Source: an uncultured Pseudomonadota bacterium
GTDB lineage: Bacteria > Pseudomonadota > Alphaproteobacteria > JACZXZ01
Reading direction: 5' to 3'
DNA length: 64,000 bases
Assembly: GCA_963749075.1 (NCBI GenBank)
Contig: CAVVLJ010000022.1
Location: 148,216-212,215 of the forward strand
The position numbers and the translations under genes are program-made. The notes below the pieces were generated by a model. That model was not told the origin of the DNA, did no database searches, and was given only the letters and a program-made list of their open reading frames with translations. Below, one piece after another: positions 1 to 11,573 of this stretch. The stretch's first letter is position 1; every line of letters starts with the position of its first letter.

Positions 1-116
1 TCGCCGGCGTAGAGCGGGGGATAGGGCGCATCGAAGCGGCAGGCGCCGAGGAGTGCCAGCGCCGCGGCGAGATAAAGGGCGCGCGCCGCGCCGCCGCTCA
101 GGCGCGCTTGCAGCAT
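1..116 (-). CDS. Putative lipoprotein, 5' part only (runs off window start)
   Basis: Manual translation from ATG at 116: MLQARLSGGAARALYLAAALALLGAC..., a hydrophobic signal with an LGAC lipobox. Confidence 0.55.
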   Translation of the reverse strand, partial: MLQARLSGGAARALYLAAALALLGACRFDAPYPPLYAG

Positions 117-161
117 GTCCTGCTCAGCCGCCGCGGATGATGCCGGCCATGCGGCACGCCC

Positions 162-1485
162 TCAGTCCTCCGCGTCGTCGAGCGCGCCGGGATTCCCGAT
201 CACGTTCCAGCGCCCGCCCACGGCACCGCAGGTGACCGGCACGGCGACGAGGTCGGGGAGATAGTCCGGCCGGTTCTTGACGATGCTGCCGTTGGCGAAG
301 GCGCGCGTCTGCTTGCCGCCCTCGGCCTCCGAATAGGCGACGGTAACGCCGCCCACGAGCGCCTCGTCCGGCGCCCAGCTGAGCTTAATCACCTTGACCG
401 GGCGGCCCTCCTCGTCGCGTCCCTGCCAGTGCGCGGCGGTGGGCATGATCGCCTTGCCCACCCCGGGATGGAGCGTGCCGTCGAGCCCGGCGCCGATCTG
501 GGTGAGCTTGCGCGGGTCCGGGCGATTGGGGCCGTCGAAGTCGAGCGTGGTCCATACTTCCAGATGGTCGCTGCCGATCCACGAGGCGGGTGCTGCCTGG
601 TCGGGCCGCGGGTCGCGCACCTGCACGACGATGGTGCGCTGGTCGGGCGCCACGAGGCGCAGCTCGACATTGCGCGCGGGATCGGGGCGGCCGTAGGCGA
701 TGAAGGCTCTGCTGGCCTCGAGGCGCGCGGCACAGGTGCCGAGCACGGTGCCGTCGGGGAATGCGCCATTCTTCCGCGTCGGATCGGCGTTGCCCTCTGC
801 ATAGGGGATGTCGATGCCGACGAGGAAGCCGGGCTGGGCCGTCGCCGTCTTGTGCTGGGCCAGAAGCTCGCAGGGATCGTCGGGCTGCTTCTCCTCGGTC
901 ATCTTGGCGTTGTCGATGGCGACCGAGCGCGCCGCGAGGGTGGCGACGTTCGATCCAGCTGAGACTGCCCGAGCCGGTCTCGCTCGCGCGGAAGCCGCAG
1001 CGCTCGATGCTGAGCGTCTTCTGAGGTGCCAACTGGATCGTCACCTTCGTCTGCCAGCGGTCGTTCGAGCCGCCGAGCTGCAGGCGGCTCATGCGGTTGT
1101 CGCCGATCTTGACGGCGTCCATGCCGCGGCCGGCCGAGCCGTAGCCGTCGTTGCACAGCTTGAGAAGGGGCTGCGGCGCTTTGCTGCCCACGATCAGCCA
1201 ATATTCGCGGCCGCCGTCATTGTCGCCCTCGCTCTCGCGGCAGCCCTCCTCGGGCGAGTCGTCCGGCTTGTTGGCGAGGCCGAGATGCGCCTCCGCGACC
1301 ACGAGCGGCTCGCCGGCTGGCGACTTCCCCGCCGGCCACAGCTTGGCGATCTCGCAAGCGTGGCGGTCGCCGCAGACGGCAGGCATGAAGCGGGCGGCGC
1401 CCGCCTCGGCTGCCACGGCCGAGCCCCCCGCTACGGGCAGCGACAGCAAGAGGCCCGCGGCAGCGGCGATGCGGAACGCTCTCAT
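162..1485 (-). CDS. Secreted hypothetical protein split by a 1-bp frameshift near 950
   Basis: Signal peptide MRAFRIAAAAGLLLSLPVAGGSAVA from ATG 1485. Removing one base at GACGTTCGA (945-953) joins ...SLSWI-D-VATLAARS... to ORF 162..902. Confidence 0.65.
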
Positions 1486-1591
1486 GAAAAATTGCCTCGC
1501 GCGCGGCGATGAACGTCTTGACGCAAAATCAGACGTTTCATGGCCGATGTCAAAAGCTTTCGCCGACGGATTCTTCTCTTGCCGGCCGGCC

Positions 1592-1921
1592 TCAGTCGCG
1601 CAGCGGCCGGCTCGCCACCAGCGGATGATCGGCCGCACTGACATGCTTCGGGCCGGCACCCCCGGGCGCCCCCCAGCCGGTCACCGCGGCGCTGAAGAAA
1701 TCCGCATTGGCGGCCTTGTAGGCGACCTCGGCCGCGGGCAGGTCGTCCTCGTCGAAGATGGCGTCGACGGGGCAGACCGAGAGGCAGAGCCCGCAATTGA
1801 TGCATTCGGCGGGCTGGATGTACATCATGCGCCCGCCCTCGTAGATGCATTCGACGGGGCACACCGTCTGGCAGGCGCCGTCCTTCACGTCGATGCAGGC
1901 AGAGGCGATGACGTAGCTCAC
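1592..1921 (-). CDS. 7Fe (3Fe-4S/4Fe-4S) ferredoxin, FdxA type
   Basis: GTG start, SYVIASACIDVKDGACQTVCPVECIY...CINCGLCLSVCP cysteine motifs. Confidence 0.85.
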   Translation of the reverse strand: MSYVIASACIDVKDGACQTVCPVECIYEGGRMMYIQPAECINCGLCLSVCPVDAIFDEDDLPAAEVAYKAANADFFSAAVTGWGAPGGAGPKHVSAADHPLVASRPLRD

Positions 1922-1923
1922 GC

Positions 1924-2700
1924 TCAGGCGCCCCGCCATTGCGGTGCGCGCTTCTCCTGGAAGGCGCGCACCCCCTCGTGCTGATCGCTCGACTTGAGCG
2001 CTGCCACGAGGGCGGGGAGGCGGAGCGACTGGGCCTCCTGCGGCGCAAGGCCGCTTCCCGCCCGCACCGTCTGCTTGATCGCGCGGATGGAGAGCGGCGC
2101 GCAGGCGAGGATGTCCGCGAGCCAGCGTGCGACGGCGGCGTCGATGTATGCGGTCGGCACCACCTCGTTGACGAGCCCGAGCTGCAAGGCCTCGGTCGCG
2201 GAGATGCGCCGGCCGGTCAAAAGCAACCCCATGGCCGCGACATGGGAGATGCGTCGCGGCAGGAGGGTAATGCCGCCCCCGAGCGGCAAGCGCCCGACGC
2301 GCGGCTCCGGCAGGCCGAAGCTCGCGTGCTCGGCGGCGACCACGATGTCGCAGCCGAGCACCATCTCGAAGCCGCCGCCGAGCGCCAGGCCATTGACGCG
2401 GGCGATGACCGGCACGTCGATCTTGTCGTTGAGTGCGATGCCGCCGAAGCCGCCCGGCGGCAAGGCCGCCAGATAGTCGAGGCCGGTTGGCCCGCCGCTC
2501 GCCTTCATGTCGGCGCCGCTCGAGAAGGCGCGCTCGCCCGAGCCCGTGAGCACGACGGCGCGCACGGAGGCGTCCTTCTCGATCTCCGCCCAGATGCGGA
2601 CTAGCTCCGCCTCGGTCGCCTCGTCCACGGCGTTGAGGCGCTCCGGGCGGTCGATGGTGACGCGCGCGACGCCGTCCTCGCGCGTAAAGAGCACGCTCAC
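1924..2700 (-). CDS. Enoyl-CoA hydratase/crotonase family protein
   Basis: AFSSGADMK, PVIARVNGLALGGGFE and FGLPEPRVG motifs; overlaps the upstream gene. Confidence 0.9.
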   Translation of the reverse strand: MSVLFTREDGVARVTIDRPERLNAVDEATEAELVRIWAEIEKDASVRAVVLTGSGERAFSSGADMKASGGPTGLDYLAALPPGGFGGIALNDKIDVPVIARVNGLALGGGFEMVLGCDIVVAAEHASFGLPEPRVGRLPLGGGITLLPRRISHVAAMGLLLTGRRISATEALQLGLVNEVVPTAYIDAAVARWLADILACAPLSIRAIKQTVRAGSGLAPQEAQSLRLPALVAALKSSDQHEGVRAFQEKRAPQWRGA

Positions 2701-3911
2701 GACACCACCTTGCCGCGGTTAAGCGCGGCGATCTTTCCCTCGTCGTAGCCGAGCTCGCCGAGGATCGCCGCGGCATGCTCGCCGAGCCTTGGCGGGGCGT
2801 AGCGCAGGCGGAAGGCCGAGGGGTCCATGGCGATCGGGCTGCCGATGTAGCGCCTCGGCTCGTTGCCGCCGTCGGCTGCCCCGTCGAGCTCCACCACGAT
2901 GCCGTTCGCCGCCGTCTGCTCGGAGGCGAGCGCCTCGCCGAGCGTCTGCACGGGTGCCGAGAGGAGGTCCTGCTCCTCGAGGCGGGCGAGCCAATAAGCC
3001 GTCGTGTTGCTTGCGAAGCGCTCGGCGAAGCGGGCCTTGAGCTCGGCCTTGCGGGCCAGCTGGCCGGCGAAGGTGGCGTAGGGCGGCTCGGCCGAGAGGT
3101 CCTCGATGCCGAGGGCGGTGCAAATGTCCCTGAGCGGATTGGCCTTGAAGGCGCCGACCAGCACGAGGGCGCCGTCCGAGGTGCTGAATACGCCGTTCAG
3201 CGGGAAGGCGCCCCAGTTGAGCTCGCGGCGGCGCTGCAGCCACATCGCCGCCTCCTGCATCTGCATCGCCAGCATGGAATCATAGAGCGAGACGGAGATT
3301 TCCTGGCCGCGCCCCGTCTTCTCGCGCTGGAGGAGCGCCAGCAGCACCCCCTGCACCAGATGCATGCCGGCTGCGTAATCGGCGAGCGCCGTGCAATAGA
3401 CCGCATAGGGCTGCCGCTCGTCCGAGCGCCGCGCCATCACGCCGGAGAGCGCCTGGGCGAGGATGTCCTGGCCGCCCTTGTGGGCGAGCGGGCCGCGCGG
3501 TCCGTAGCCCGAGCCGAAGGCGGAGATGATGCGCGGGTTGATGGCGGCGAGTGCGGCATGGCCGAAGCCCATGCGCTCCATGACGCCGGCGCGGAAGTTG
3601 TTCACCACCACGTCGGCGGTCTTCACGAGGTCGTAGACGATGGCCTTGCCCGCGGCCCCCCTCAAGTCGATGGCGATCGAGCGCTTGTTGCGGTTGATGC
3701 TGCGGAAGACCGGGTTGTCGAGCCCGTCCGGGTCGTCGGCGAGCGAGGTTCGCGAGAGGTCGCCCACGCCGGGCCGCTCGATCTTGATCACGTCGGCGCC
3801 GTAGTCGGCGAGCATCTGGGTGGCGCAGGGCCCCAGCATCACTTGCGTGAAGTCGATGACGCGGATGCCGGAGAGCGGCTGCGCTGTACCGTTGGCGGGG
3901 CTGCTCGTCAT
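2697..3911 (-). CDS. Class III CoA transferase (CaiB/BaiF)
   Basis: PLSGIRVIDFTQVMLGP, GADVIKIERP, NRNKRSI motifs. Confidence 0.92.
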   Translation of the reverse strand: MTSSPANGTAQPLSGIRVIDFTQVMLGPCATQMLADYGADVIKIERPGVGDLSRTSLADDPDGLDNPVFRSINRNKRSIAIDLRGAAGKAIVYDLVKTADVVVNNFRAGVMERMGFGHAALAAINPRIISAFGSGYGPRGPLAHKGGQDILAQALSGVMARRSDERQPYAVYCTALADYAAGMHLVQGVLLALLQREKTGRGQEISVSLYDSMLAMQMQEAAMWLQRRRELNWGAFPLNGVFSTSDGALVLVGAFKANPLRDICTALGIEDLSAEPPYATFAGQLARKAELKARFAERFASNTTAYWLARLEEQDLLSAPVQTLGEALASEQTAANGIVVELDGAADGGNEPRRYIGSPIAMDPSAFRLRYAPPRLGEHAAAILGELGYDEGKIAALNRGKVVS

Positions 3912-5269
3912 GCCGCCTTCTCTCCCGCATCGAGGGTGGCGTTAGGCGCCGGCACGTCGCCAGGATCGGCGCCCTGGGCGCGCAAGCGCGCCTGCAGCGC
4001 CTTCACGTCCACCTGCTCGACGCCGATGCCGGCATCGAGCGCCAGCGCCGCGGCGAGCCCGGCGGCCTCGCCCATGGCGATGCAGGGGGGAATCTCGCGC
4101 GACACGCGCTGCGCCGCCGAGGTCGCGGAATAGTGCCGCCCGGCGACGAGGAGCTGGCCGACGTTCTTCGGCAGGAGGCAGCGGTACGGATAGTAGTAGT
4201 CGCGGCCGCGCGCGATGCTGTCGGGGAAGTGGCGGCGGCCCATGACGTCCTCCTTGGTGAGCACGTAGGCGCCATCGAGAAGGCGCGTCTGGCGGATGCC
4301 GAGCTGGGGCGCCACGTCGACCACATAGGCGTTCCTGAAGCCGGGCATCCTTTCGCGCACGAATTCGACGAGGCGGGCGATGCGCTGGCGCCCCTCGAAA
4401 TCGGCGCGCGTCAGGTCCTCGATCTTGAGCCCGTCGTAGCCGGCCATGTGCGGGCAGTTGCACCACACGACGCCGGGGAGCGGCGTCTTGAGCCACCATT
4501 TGTCCCAGGAGCCGCCCGTGATCCGCTTCGCCTCGCGGTCGATGGCGTTGAAGGCCGCGGGCTCGGCATATTCGAAGCGCTCGGCCTCCTCGGTGTCGAC
4601 CGCGCCCAAGCGGAAGACGGTGGTCACTATGAAGCTGCCCGCAATGAAGGCAGCACCGGCGGAGGCCGCCACGTCGAGATCGCCCGTCGCGTCCACCACG
4701 ATGCCGCCGAGGATGGCCTGGCGGCCGGCCTTGCCCTCGACGATGACGCCCGCGACGCGGCCCTCCTCGACGATCGCCTTGGAGAACCAGCTGTGCAGGC
4801 GCAGGTTCACCTTCGCCTCGGCGATCATGTCGTTCGAGACGCGCTTGAAGCCGTCGGGATCGAAGGCGACGGAATAGCAGATGGGCTGCGGCTTCTCGTG
4901 CGCGGTGAAGTCGAAGAGGCCCCAGCGCGACCACTTGCGCCACATCGCCCAGTCGGCGCGGCGGTCCGCCTCGGGCGGCGACACGGCGAGGCCGAGCCGC
5001 TCCATGCGCTCGATCATCTCCGTCGAGAGGCCGCGCACGCTGATCTCGCTGCCGTTGCACATGTCGTCGAGCACGAGGACCATGCCGCCCGACGCAAGGC
5101 CGCCTAGATAGGGATAGCGCTCGAGGAGGGCGACCTTGAGGCCGTTCCGCGCTCCCGACACGGCAGCACCTATGCCGGCCGGCCCGCCTCCCACCACGAC
5201 GAGATCGGCGCGCGCCGCCACGGGAACGCGCTCGCCCGGCTCGTCGATCCAGTCGCTCGCGATACTCAT
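3908..5269 (-). CDS. FAD-dependent oxidoreductase (FAD_oxidored-like)
   Basis: GGGPAG Rossmann motif, LGGLASGG, VDATGDLDVA, PYRCLLP...LLVAGR. Confidence 0.88.
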   Translation of the reverse strand: MSIASDWIDEPGERVPVAARADLVVVGGGPAGIGAAVSGARNGLKVALLERYPYLGGLASGGMVLVLDDMCNGSEISVRGLSTEMIERMERLGLAVSPPEADRRADWAMWRKWSRWGLFDFTAHEKPQPICYSVAFDPDGFKRVSNDMIAEAKVNLRLHSWFSKAIVEEGRVAGVIVEGKAGRQAILGGIVVDATGDLDVAASAGAAFIAGSFIVTTVFRLGAVDTEEAERFEYAEPAAFNAIDREAKRITGGSWDKWWLKTPLPGVVWCNCPHMAGYDGLKIEDLTRADFEGRQRIARLVEFVRERMPGFRNAYVVDVAPQLGIRQTRLLDGAYVLTKEDVMGRRHFPDSIARGRDYYYPYRCLLPKNVGQLLVAGRHYSATSAAQRVSREIPPCIAMGEAAGLAAALALDAGIGVEQVDVKALQARLRAQGADPGDVPAPNATLDAGEKAA

Positions 5270-5312
5270 GGGCGGGTCTCCTTGTCGATGAGGGGACGAG
5301 CGGACACGGCGC

Positions 5313-6173
5313 TCAGCCCGCGAGCGCCACGTTCCACTTGATGACGCGGCGCTCGATGGCGGTGATCGCGGCGAAGAAGAGGGCGGAGAAGGTCGAGCCG
5401 ACGACGATGGTGGCGTAGAGCAAGGGCGAGTCGAAGTTGTAGGTGGCCTGGATGATGAGCGCGCCGATGCCGACGTTGGAGCCGATCCATTCGCCCACGA
5501 TGGCGCCGATCACCGCGGTCGAGGCGGCGATCTTGAGGGCCGAGAAGAGATAGGGCAGCGCGTTCTGCACCCGGAGCTTGAAGAAGATCTCCCGCCCGCT
5601 CGCCGACAGCACCTTCATGAGCTCGAGCGCCTGGGGATTCACGTCGCGCAGGCCGCGGGTCATGTTGACGAGGGTGGGGAAGAAGCAGACCAGCGCCGCG
5701 ATGGCGATCTTGGGCTCCATGCCGTTGCCGAGGAGGAGCACGAGGATGGGCGCCTTGGCCACCACCGGGATGGTGTTGACCATGACCGCGATGGGGAAGA
5801 GGGCCTCCTCGATCGCCTTCTTCTGCACGAAGAAGGTGGCGATCGCGATGGCGGTCAGGTTGCCGAGGAGAAAGCCGAGCACCGCCTCGATCGCGGTCGG
5901 CAGCAGGTTCTCCATGAGGAGAGCGAAGCGGCCGGCGAGCACATGGAGGACGGCTGCCGGCGTGGGTGCGATGAAGGGCTTGATGTCGAGGAGGATCACG
6001 GCACCCCACCAGAGGGCCACGAAGCCCACGACCGCCAGCGCGGGCAGCAGACGCTTGCGCCACTCGAGCATGCGCCGGGCGTGGAGGAACCTCGCCTTCG
6101 CCTCCTCGTCGTGGGCGAAGGAGGGGCCGGAGGGTGCGGAGCGCGGACGCCCGCCTATGGTCTCGTCGCTCAT
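5313..6173 (-). CDS. ABC transporter permease, SsuC/TauC (NitT) family
   Basis: Multiple TM segments; EAA-like loop; ALPYLFSALKIA...GAIVGEW; ATG at 6173 coupled to ATPase stop. Confidence 0.9.
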   Translation of the reverse strand: MSDETIGGRPRSAPSGPSFAHDEEAKARFLHARRMLEWRKRLLPALAVVGFVALWWGAVILLDIKPFIAPTPAAVLHVLAGRFALLMENLLPTAIEAVLGFLLGNLTAIAIATFFVQKKAIEEALFPIAVMVNTIPVVAKAPILVLLLGNGMEPKIAIAALVCFFPTLVNMTRGLRDVNPQALELMKVLSASGREIFFKLRVQNALPYLFSALKIAASTAVIGAIVGEWIGSNVGIGALIIQATYNFDSPLLYATIVVGSTFSALFFAAITAIERRVIKWNVALAG

Positions 6174-6997
6174 CAGCAGGTCTCCAGCACGCGGCGCAGG
6201 TGGCCGGCGAGGGCCACGAATTGCGCGCTCTCGCGCAACGCGAGGCGGCGCGGGCTCGGCAGCTCGACCGGCACCAGCTCGCGCACGCGGCCCGGCCTCG
6301 CTGCGAGCAGCAGCACCTCCTGGCCGAGGAAGGCCGCCTCGTAGATCGAATGGGTGACGAAGAGGATGGTGGTGCCGGTCGAGCTCCAGAGGCCGAGGAG
6401 CTCCTCGTTGAGCCGGTCGCGCGTGATCTCGTCGAGCGCGCCGAAGGGCTCGTCCATGAGGAGGAGCTTGGGCTCCGTGACGAGCGCGCGGGCGAGCGCC
6501 ACGCGCTGGCGCATGCCGCCCGAGAGCTCGTGGGGATAGGCGTGCTCCCAGCCGGCAAGACCGACCATGGCGAGGAGCTCGCCGGCGCTGCTGGCGCCCG
6601 CGCGCGCGGCACCGCCCCCGACCTCGAGCGGCAGCATCACGTTGGCGAGCACCGTGCGCCACGGCAGGAGGGCCGGGTCCTGGAAGACGAAGCCGATGTC
6701 GCGGTTCTTGCGCGCTGCCGCCGGCGGCTTGCCCAGCACGCTCAGCGAGCCGGCACTGGGTGCGATGAGATCGGCGATGACGCGCAGGAGGGTCGATTTG
6801 CCGCAGCCCGAGGGGCCGAGAAGACTCACGAAGCCGCCGCGCGCGACCGTGAGGCTCACGTCCTCGAGCGCCGTGATGACGCCGCGCTCGCTTACGAAGC
6901 GCACGGAGAGGCCCTCGCAGCGGACGGCCGCCTCGGCAGGCCCAGGAGATGCCGCGCGCTCGCGCTGTGCCGCCGCCGCCTCGCCCGCCATCGCCAT
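6173..6997 (-). CDS. ABC transporter ATP-binding protein, SsuB/TauB family
   Basis: GPSGCGKST, LSGGMRQR, LLMDEPFGALD. Confidence 0.93.
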   Translation of the reverse strand: MAMAGEAAAAQRERAASPGPAEAAVRCEGLSVRFVSERGVITALEDVSLTVARGGFVSLLGPSGCGKSTLLRVIADLIAPSAGSLSVLGKPPAAARKNRDIGFVFQDPALLPWRTVLANVMLPLEVGGGAARAGASSAGELLAMVGLAGWEHAYPHELSGGMRQRVALARALVTEPKLLLMDEPFGALDEITRDRLNEELLGLWSSTGTTILFVTHSIYEAAFLGQEVLLLAARPGRVRELVPVELPSPRRLALRESAQFVALAGHLRRVLETC

Positions 6998-7007
6998 CGC
7001 TTGCTGC

Positions 7008-8048
7008 CTATCCGAGCTTCGCGCGCGCGTCCTTGGTCGCGGCGAGGATGTCCGTGTCGATCACTTCCGCGAGCTTGGGCGGGCCGGCGGAGAACTGCTT
7101 GAGCTGGTCGTAGAGATCGATCTGCTCCTGCCACACCGCGGGCTCGAAGGTGCCCCAGCCCTTGGCCTTGGTGGCGGCGGTGAATTCGAACTTGAGCATC
7201 GTGCCCACCGCGGCGAGCTCGTCCTTCTCGACGAGGTTGGGGTATTCCTTGAGCAGAAGGCCGACCGCCTTCTCGGGGTTCTCGTAGGTGTAGGCCCAGC
7301 CGCGCGAGGCCGCGCGCACGAAGGCCTCGAGCAGCGCGGCCTTGTGCGCGAGCGTGTCGGTGGTCGCGTAATAGGGCTGGGCGTAGAGCTTGACCCCCTC
7401 GTCCCACAGGCGCATGGCGACGAAATTGCCGCCGAGGGCCCGGAGCGCCGTGGTATTGGTGAGCCAGCCCGTGACCGCCGCCACTTGGCCGGTCACCACC
7501 GGCGACATGTCGGAGCCGATCACCACCACCTCGACGTCCTTCTCGGGGATGTTGTGCTTCTCGAGGAGGGCCGTGAGCAGGATCTTGCCGGTCGCCTGGA
7601 TGCCGATCTTCTTGCCGACCATGTCCTCGGGCGTGCGGATGGGATCCTTGGGCAGCGAGAAGAAGGCGTAGGGATGCTCCTGGGCGCCGACCGCGAAGCA
7701 TTTGACCGGCAGCTTCTGGGAGGCGGCGAGCATGAGCGAGGGGCTCGAGGAGACCTGGCCGATCTCGAAGCGCCCGGAGGCGACGATGGCGACGCCGTCG
7801 ATGCTCGGGCCGCCCGGCTGGATGGCGAGGTTGAGCTTCTCCTCCTCGAAATAGCCGAGCTGCTTCGCCGCGCACTCGCCGATCTGGTTGCCGCCGCCGA
7901 TCCAGCCGAGCTGGAGATTGACCGTGGTGGTCTTGGCCTGGGTGTGGCCGATGCGCGGCGCCAGGCCCGCGATCGCAAGTCCGCCCGCGGCCGCACCTCC
8001 CCGCATCAGAGCCCGCCGCGTCAGCCGCCAAGAGCTTCCTTTTGTCAT
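7008..8048 (-). CDS. ABC substrate-binding protein, NMT1/THI5-like, Tat-exported
   Basis: TRRALM twin-arginine signal; LQLGW...GYFEEEKLNLAIQPGGP; TPEDMVGKKIG. Confidence 0.88.
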   Translation of the reverse strand: MTKGSSWRLTRRALMRGGAAAGGLAIAGLAPRIGHTQAKTTTVNLQLGWIGGGNQIGECAAKQLGYFEEEKLNLAIQPGGPSIDGVAIVASGRFEIGQVSSSPSLMLAASQKLPVKCFAVGAQEHPYAFFSLPKDPIRTPEDMVGKKIGIQATGKILLTALLEKHNIPEKDVEVVVIGSDMSPVVTGQVAAVTGWLTNTTALRALGGNFVAMRLWDEGVKLYAQPYYATTDTLAHKAALLEAFVRAASRGWAYTYENPEKAVGLLLKEYPNLVEKDELAAVGTMLKFEFTAATKAKGWGTFEPAVWQEQIDLYDQLKQFSAGPPKLAEVIDTDILAATKDARAKLG

Positions 8049-8186
8049 CGTCGAGATCTCCCAGGTTCCCGTCAGCGCAAAATCGGCGCCCGGCCGGTGC
8101 CCTAGAATAGAAGAGTTTTTCGCCTATGGTGATGCTTTTTTGCCAGTGTGCCAGTTCGAATTTCCGGGAACGGAGATGAGGCTTCG

Positions 8187-8334
8187 CCCCTCTCCTCCTT
8201 CAGGAGGGAGGGGGCCATCCCGGATGGATGGGAGGGTGAGGAGGCCGAGCGCTTGCGCGCCCGTGCGGCCGACGATGTGCCCGGCAAAGCCACCTCCTCA
8301 CCCCGACCCTCTCCTCCTGAAGGAGGAGAGGGGG
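8187..8334. repeat. Palindromic REP/MITE-like element (CCCTCTCC...GGAGAGGG type)
   Basis: Near-identical ~27-bp terminal inverted repeats (8187-8214 and 8307-8334), each itself a hairpin; a related element lies at 23591. Confidence 0.75.
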
Positions 8335-8350
8335 ATTGTCCAGTGATTTC

Positions 8351-8366
8351 TTGACTGTTTGGTCAA
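8351..8366. promoter_or_regulatory. RutR-type operator
   Basis: TTGACTGTTTGGTCAA matches 12 of 14 specified bases of the E. coli RutR box TTGACCAnnTGGTCAA; a RutR-like gene ends this operon. Confidence 0.8.
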
Positions 8367-8412
8367 TTTTCGCCAGAGTTGCCGTTTGAGGGATTGGGGC
8401 GATCCCAGGGCG

Positions 8413-9645
<1,233 letters not shown>

Positions 9646-9648
9646 CGC

Positions 9649-10911
9649 TTGGCAGCGGTGCAGCACGGCAGTCCCCGTACCCAGCCCCTCGACGAAGGAG
9701 CGGATGCACGGCGCCTGAGCACGGCCGCGGCGGTGCGCGAGCGCGCGGCGCGCATGCTTGCGATGGCGGAGCGTGACGAGCTCCCTCATTTCGCGCTCGT
9801 GCCCGAGCGCCTCCCGGGCGTCATCGATTACGTCCTCGAGACGACGCGGCAGCGCTATCCGGACCTCGCCGTCCCGTTCCACAGCCGCTGGCGGCACTTC
9901 TCGGCGGGCGGGTGCCAACGCTGGTCGGAGCTCGCGGCATCGCTCGGCGGCGTGCCGCCGGACGAGGTGGCGCGCATCCGCTGCGATCTCGCGGTGGTGA
10001 GCGTGCTGCTCGACGCGGGTGCCGGCGAAGGCTGGTGCTATCGCGAGGCCGGCGGGGGCGCATACGCGCGCTCCGAGGGCCTCGCGGTCGCGAGCTACCA
10101 CATGTTCACGAGCGGGCTCTTCTCGGCCGATCCGCACGCCCCCTATCGCGCGGACGCCTCGGCGCTCGCCGCCGTCACGGACGATCGCCTCGCCTCGGCG
10201 CTGCAGGCGAGCGCGCGCAATCCCATGGTCGGGCTCGCCGGACGTGCAGCCCTTCTCCGCCGTCTCGGCGCCGCACTTCTCGCGGAGCCGGCGCTCTTCG
10301 GCTCGCCGCCGCGCGTCGGCCGCATCTTCGATCATCTCCGCCAGCGCGCGGCGGGTGCCGCGCTGCCGGCAAGCGAGATCCTCGCGGCCGTCATGCGCGG
10401 GCTGGGACCCATCTGGCCGGGCCGCGAGAGCCTCGGTGGCGTCAACCTGGGCGACGTCTGGCGCCATTCCGCCATGCGCACGGGCGACGCCACGGAGAGC
10501 CTGATGCCGTTCCACAAGCTCTCCCAGTGGCTCGCCTATTCGCTCATCGAGCCGCTCGCGGAGGGCGGCGTGCCGGTCGCCGGGATCGACGAGCTGACCG
10601 GCCTCGCCGAATACCGCAACGGCGGCCTCATGATCGACGGCGGCCTCCTCGTGCCGCGCGACCCGACGCTCCTCGGCCGGCGGCTTTCGCCAGGCGACGA
10701 AGCAGTGGTGGAATGGCGCGCGCTCACCGTGGCGCTCCTCGACCGCATCGCCGAGGGACTGCGCGCGGTGCTCGGTGTTGACGCCGTGCGGCTTCCCTTG
10801 GCCTCGGTGCTCGAGGGCGGCACCTGGGCGGCCGGCCGGCGCATCGCCCGCGAGCGCCGACCCGACGGCGGCCCGCCGCTCGTCGTCGAGAGCGACGGGA
10901 CCCTGTTCTGA
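9649..10911 (+). CDS. URC4/Urg3 family protein (DUF1688)
   Basis: [52 protein letters not shown]-terminal SDGTLF. Confidence 0.9.
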   Translation: MAAVQHGSPRTQPLDEGADARRLSTAAAVRERAARMLAMAERDELPHFALVPERLPGVIDYVLETTRQRYPDLAVPFHSRWRHFSAGGCQRWSELAASLGGVPPDEVARIRCDLAVVSVLLDAGAGEGWCYREAGGGAYARSEGLAVASYHMFTSGLFSADPHAPYRADASALAAVTDDRLASALQASARNPMVGLAGRAALLRRLGAALLAEPALFGSPPRVGRIFDHLRQRAAGAALPASEILAAVMRGLGPIWPGRESLGGVNLGDVWRHSAMRTGDATESLMPFHKLSQWLAYSLIEPLAEGGVPVAGIDELTGLAEYRNGGLMIDGGLLVPRDPTLLGRRLSPGDEAVVEWRALTVALLDRIAEGLRAVLGVDAVRLPLASVLEGGTWAAGRRIARERRPDGGPPLVVESDGTLF

Positions 10912-10940
10912 GGCGAGACCCGAGCGAGAGAGGGAACAGC

Positions 10941-11573
10941 ATGGCCGGCAACGTCTTCGTCATCGATCATCCGCTCGCCCAGCACAAGCTCACCCTCATG
11001 CGCCGCAAGGAGACCTCGACCGGCGAGTTCCGCCTGCTCGTGCGCGAGATCAGTCCCTTCATGCTCTACGAGGTGACGCGCGACCTGCCGCTCACCGAAC
11101 GCGAGATCGAGACGCCGCTCCAGACCATGAAGGCGCCGGTCTTGGCGGGAAAGAAGCTCTGCCTCGTGCCGATCCTGCGTGCCGGGCTCGGCTTCGTGGA
11201 TGCCATGCTCGATCTCGTGCCCGCGGCGCGCGTCGGGCACATCGGCCTCTACCGCGATCCCGAAAGCCTCGCCGCGGTCGAATACTATTTGAAGCTGCCG
11301 GAGGACATCGCGTCCCGCCGGGTGATCCTCGTCGATCCCATGCTGGCGACCGGGCATTCCGCGACCGCGGCACTCGGCCGGCTCAAGGAGGCGGGAGCGG
11401 AGAACATCAAGTTCGTCTGCCTGGTGGCGGCACCGGTCGGCATCGCCGAGGTCCAGGCCGAGCATCCCGACGTGCCGATCTACACGGTGGCGATCGACGA
11501 GAGGCTCAACGACCATGCCTACATTCTCCCCGGGCTGGGGGACGCCGGTGACCGGCTCTTCGGCACCAAGTAA
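10941..11573 (+). CDS. upp: Uracil phosphoribosyltransferase
   Basis: [48 protein letters not shown]. Confidence 0.96.
   Translation: MAGNVFVIDHPLAQHKLTLMRRKETSTGEFRLLVREISPFMLYEVTRDLPLTEREIETPLQTMKAPVLAGKKLCLVPILRAGLGFVDAMLDLVPAARVGHIGLYRDPESLAAVEYYLKLPEDIASRRVILVDPMLATGHSATAALGRLKEAGAENIKFVCLVAAPVGIAEVQAEHPDVPIYTVAIDERLNDHAYILPGLGDAGDRLFGTK

Noticed and set aside
8135-8160. Sigma54 promoter for the ABC operon (TGGCAC on the minus strand)
   Set aside because: No GC at the -12 position with correct spacing
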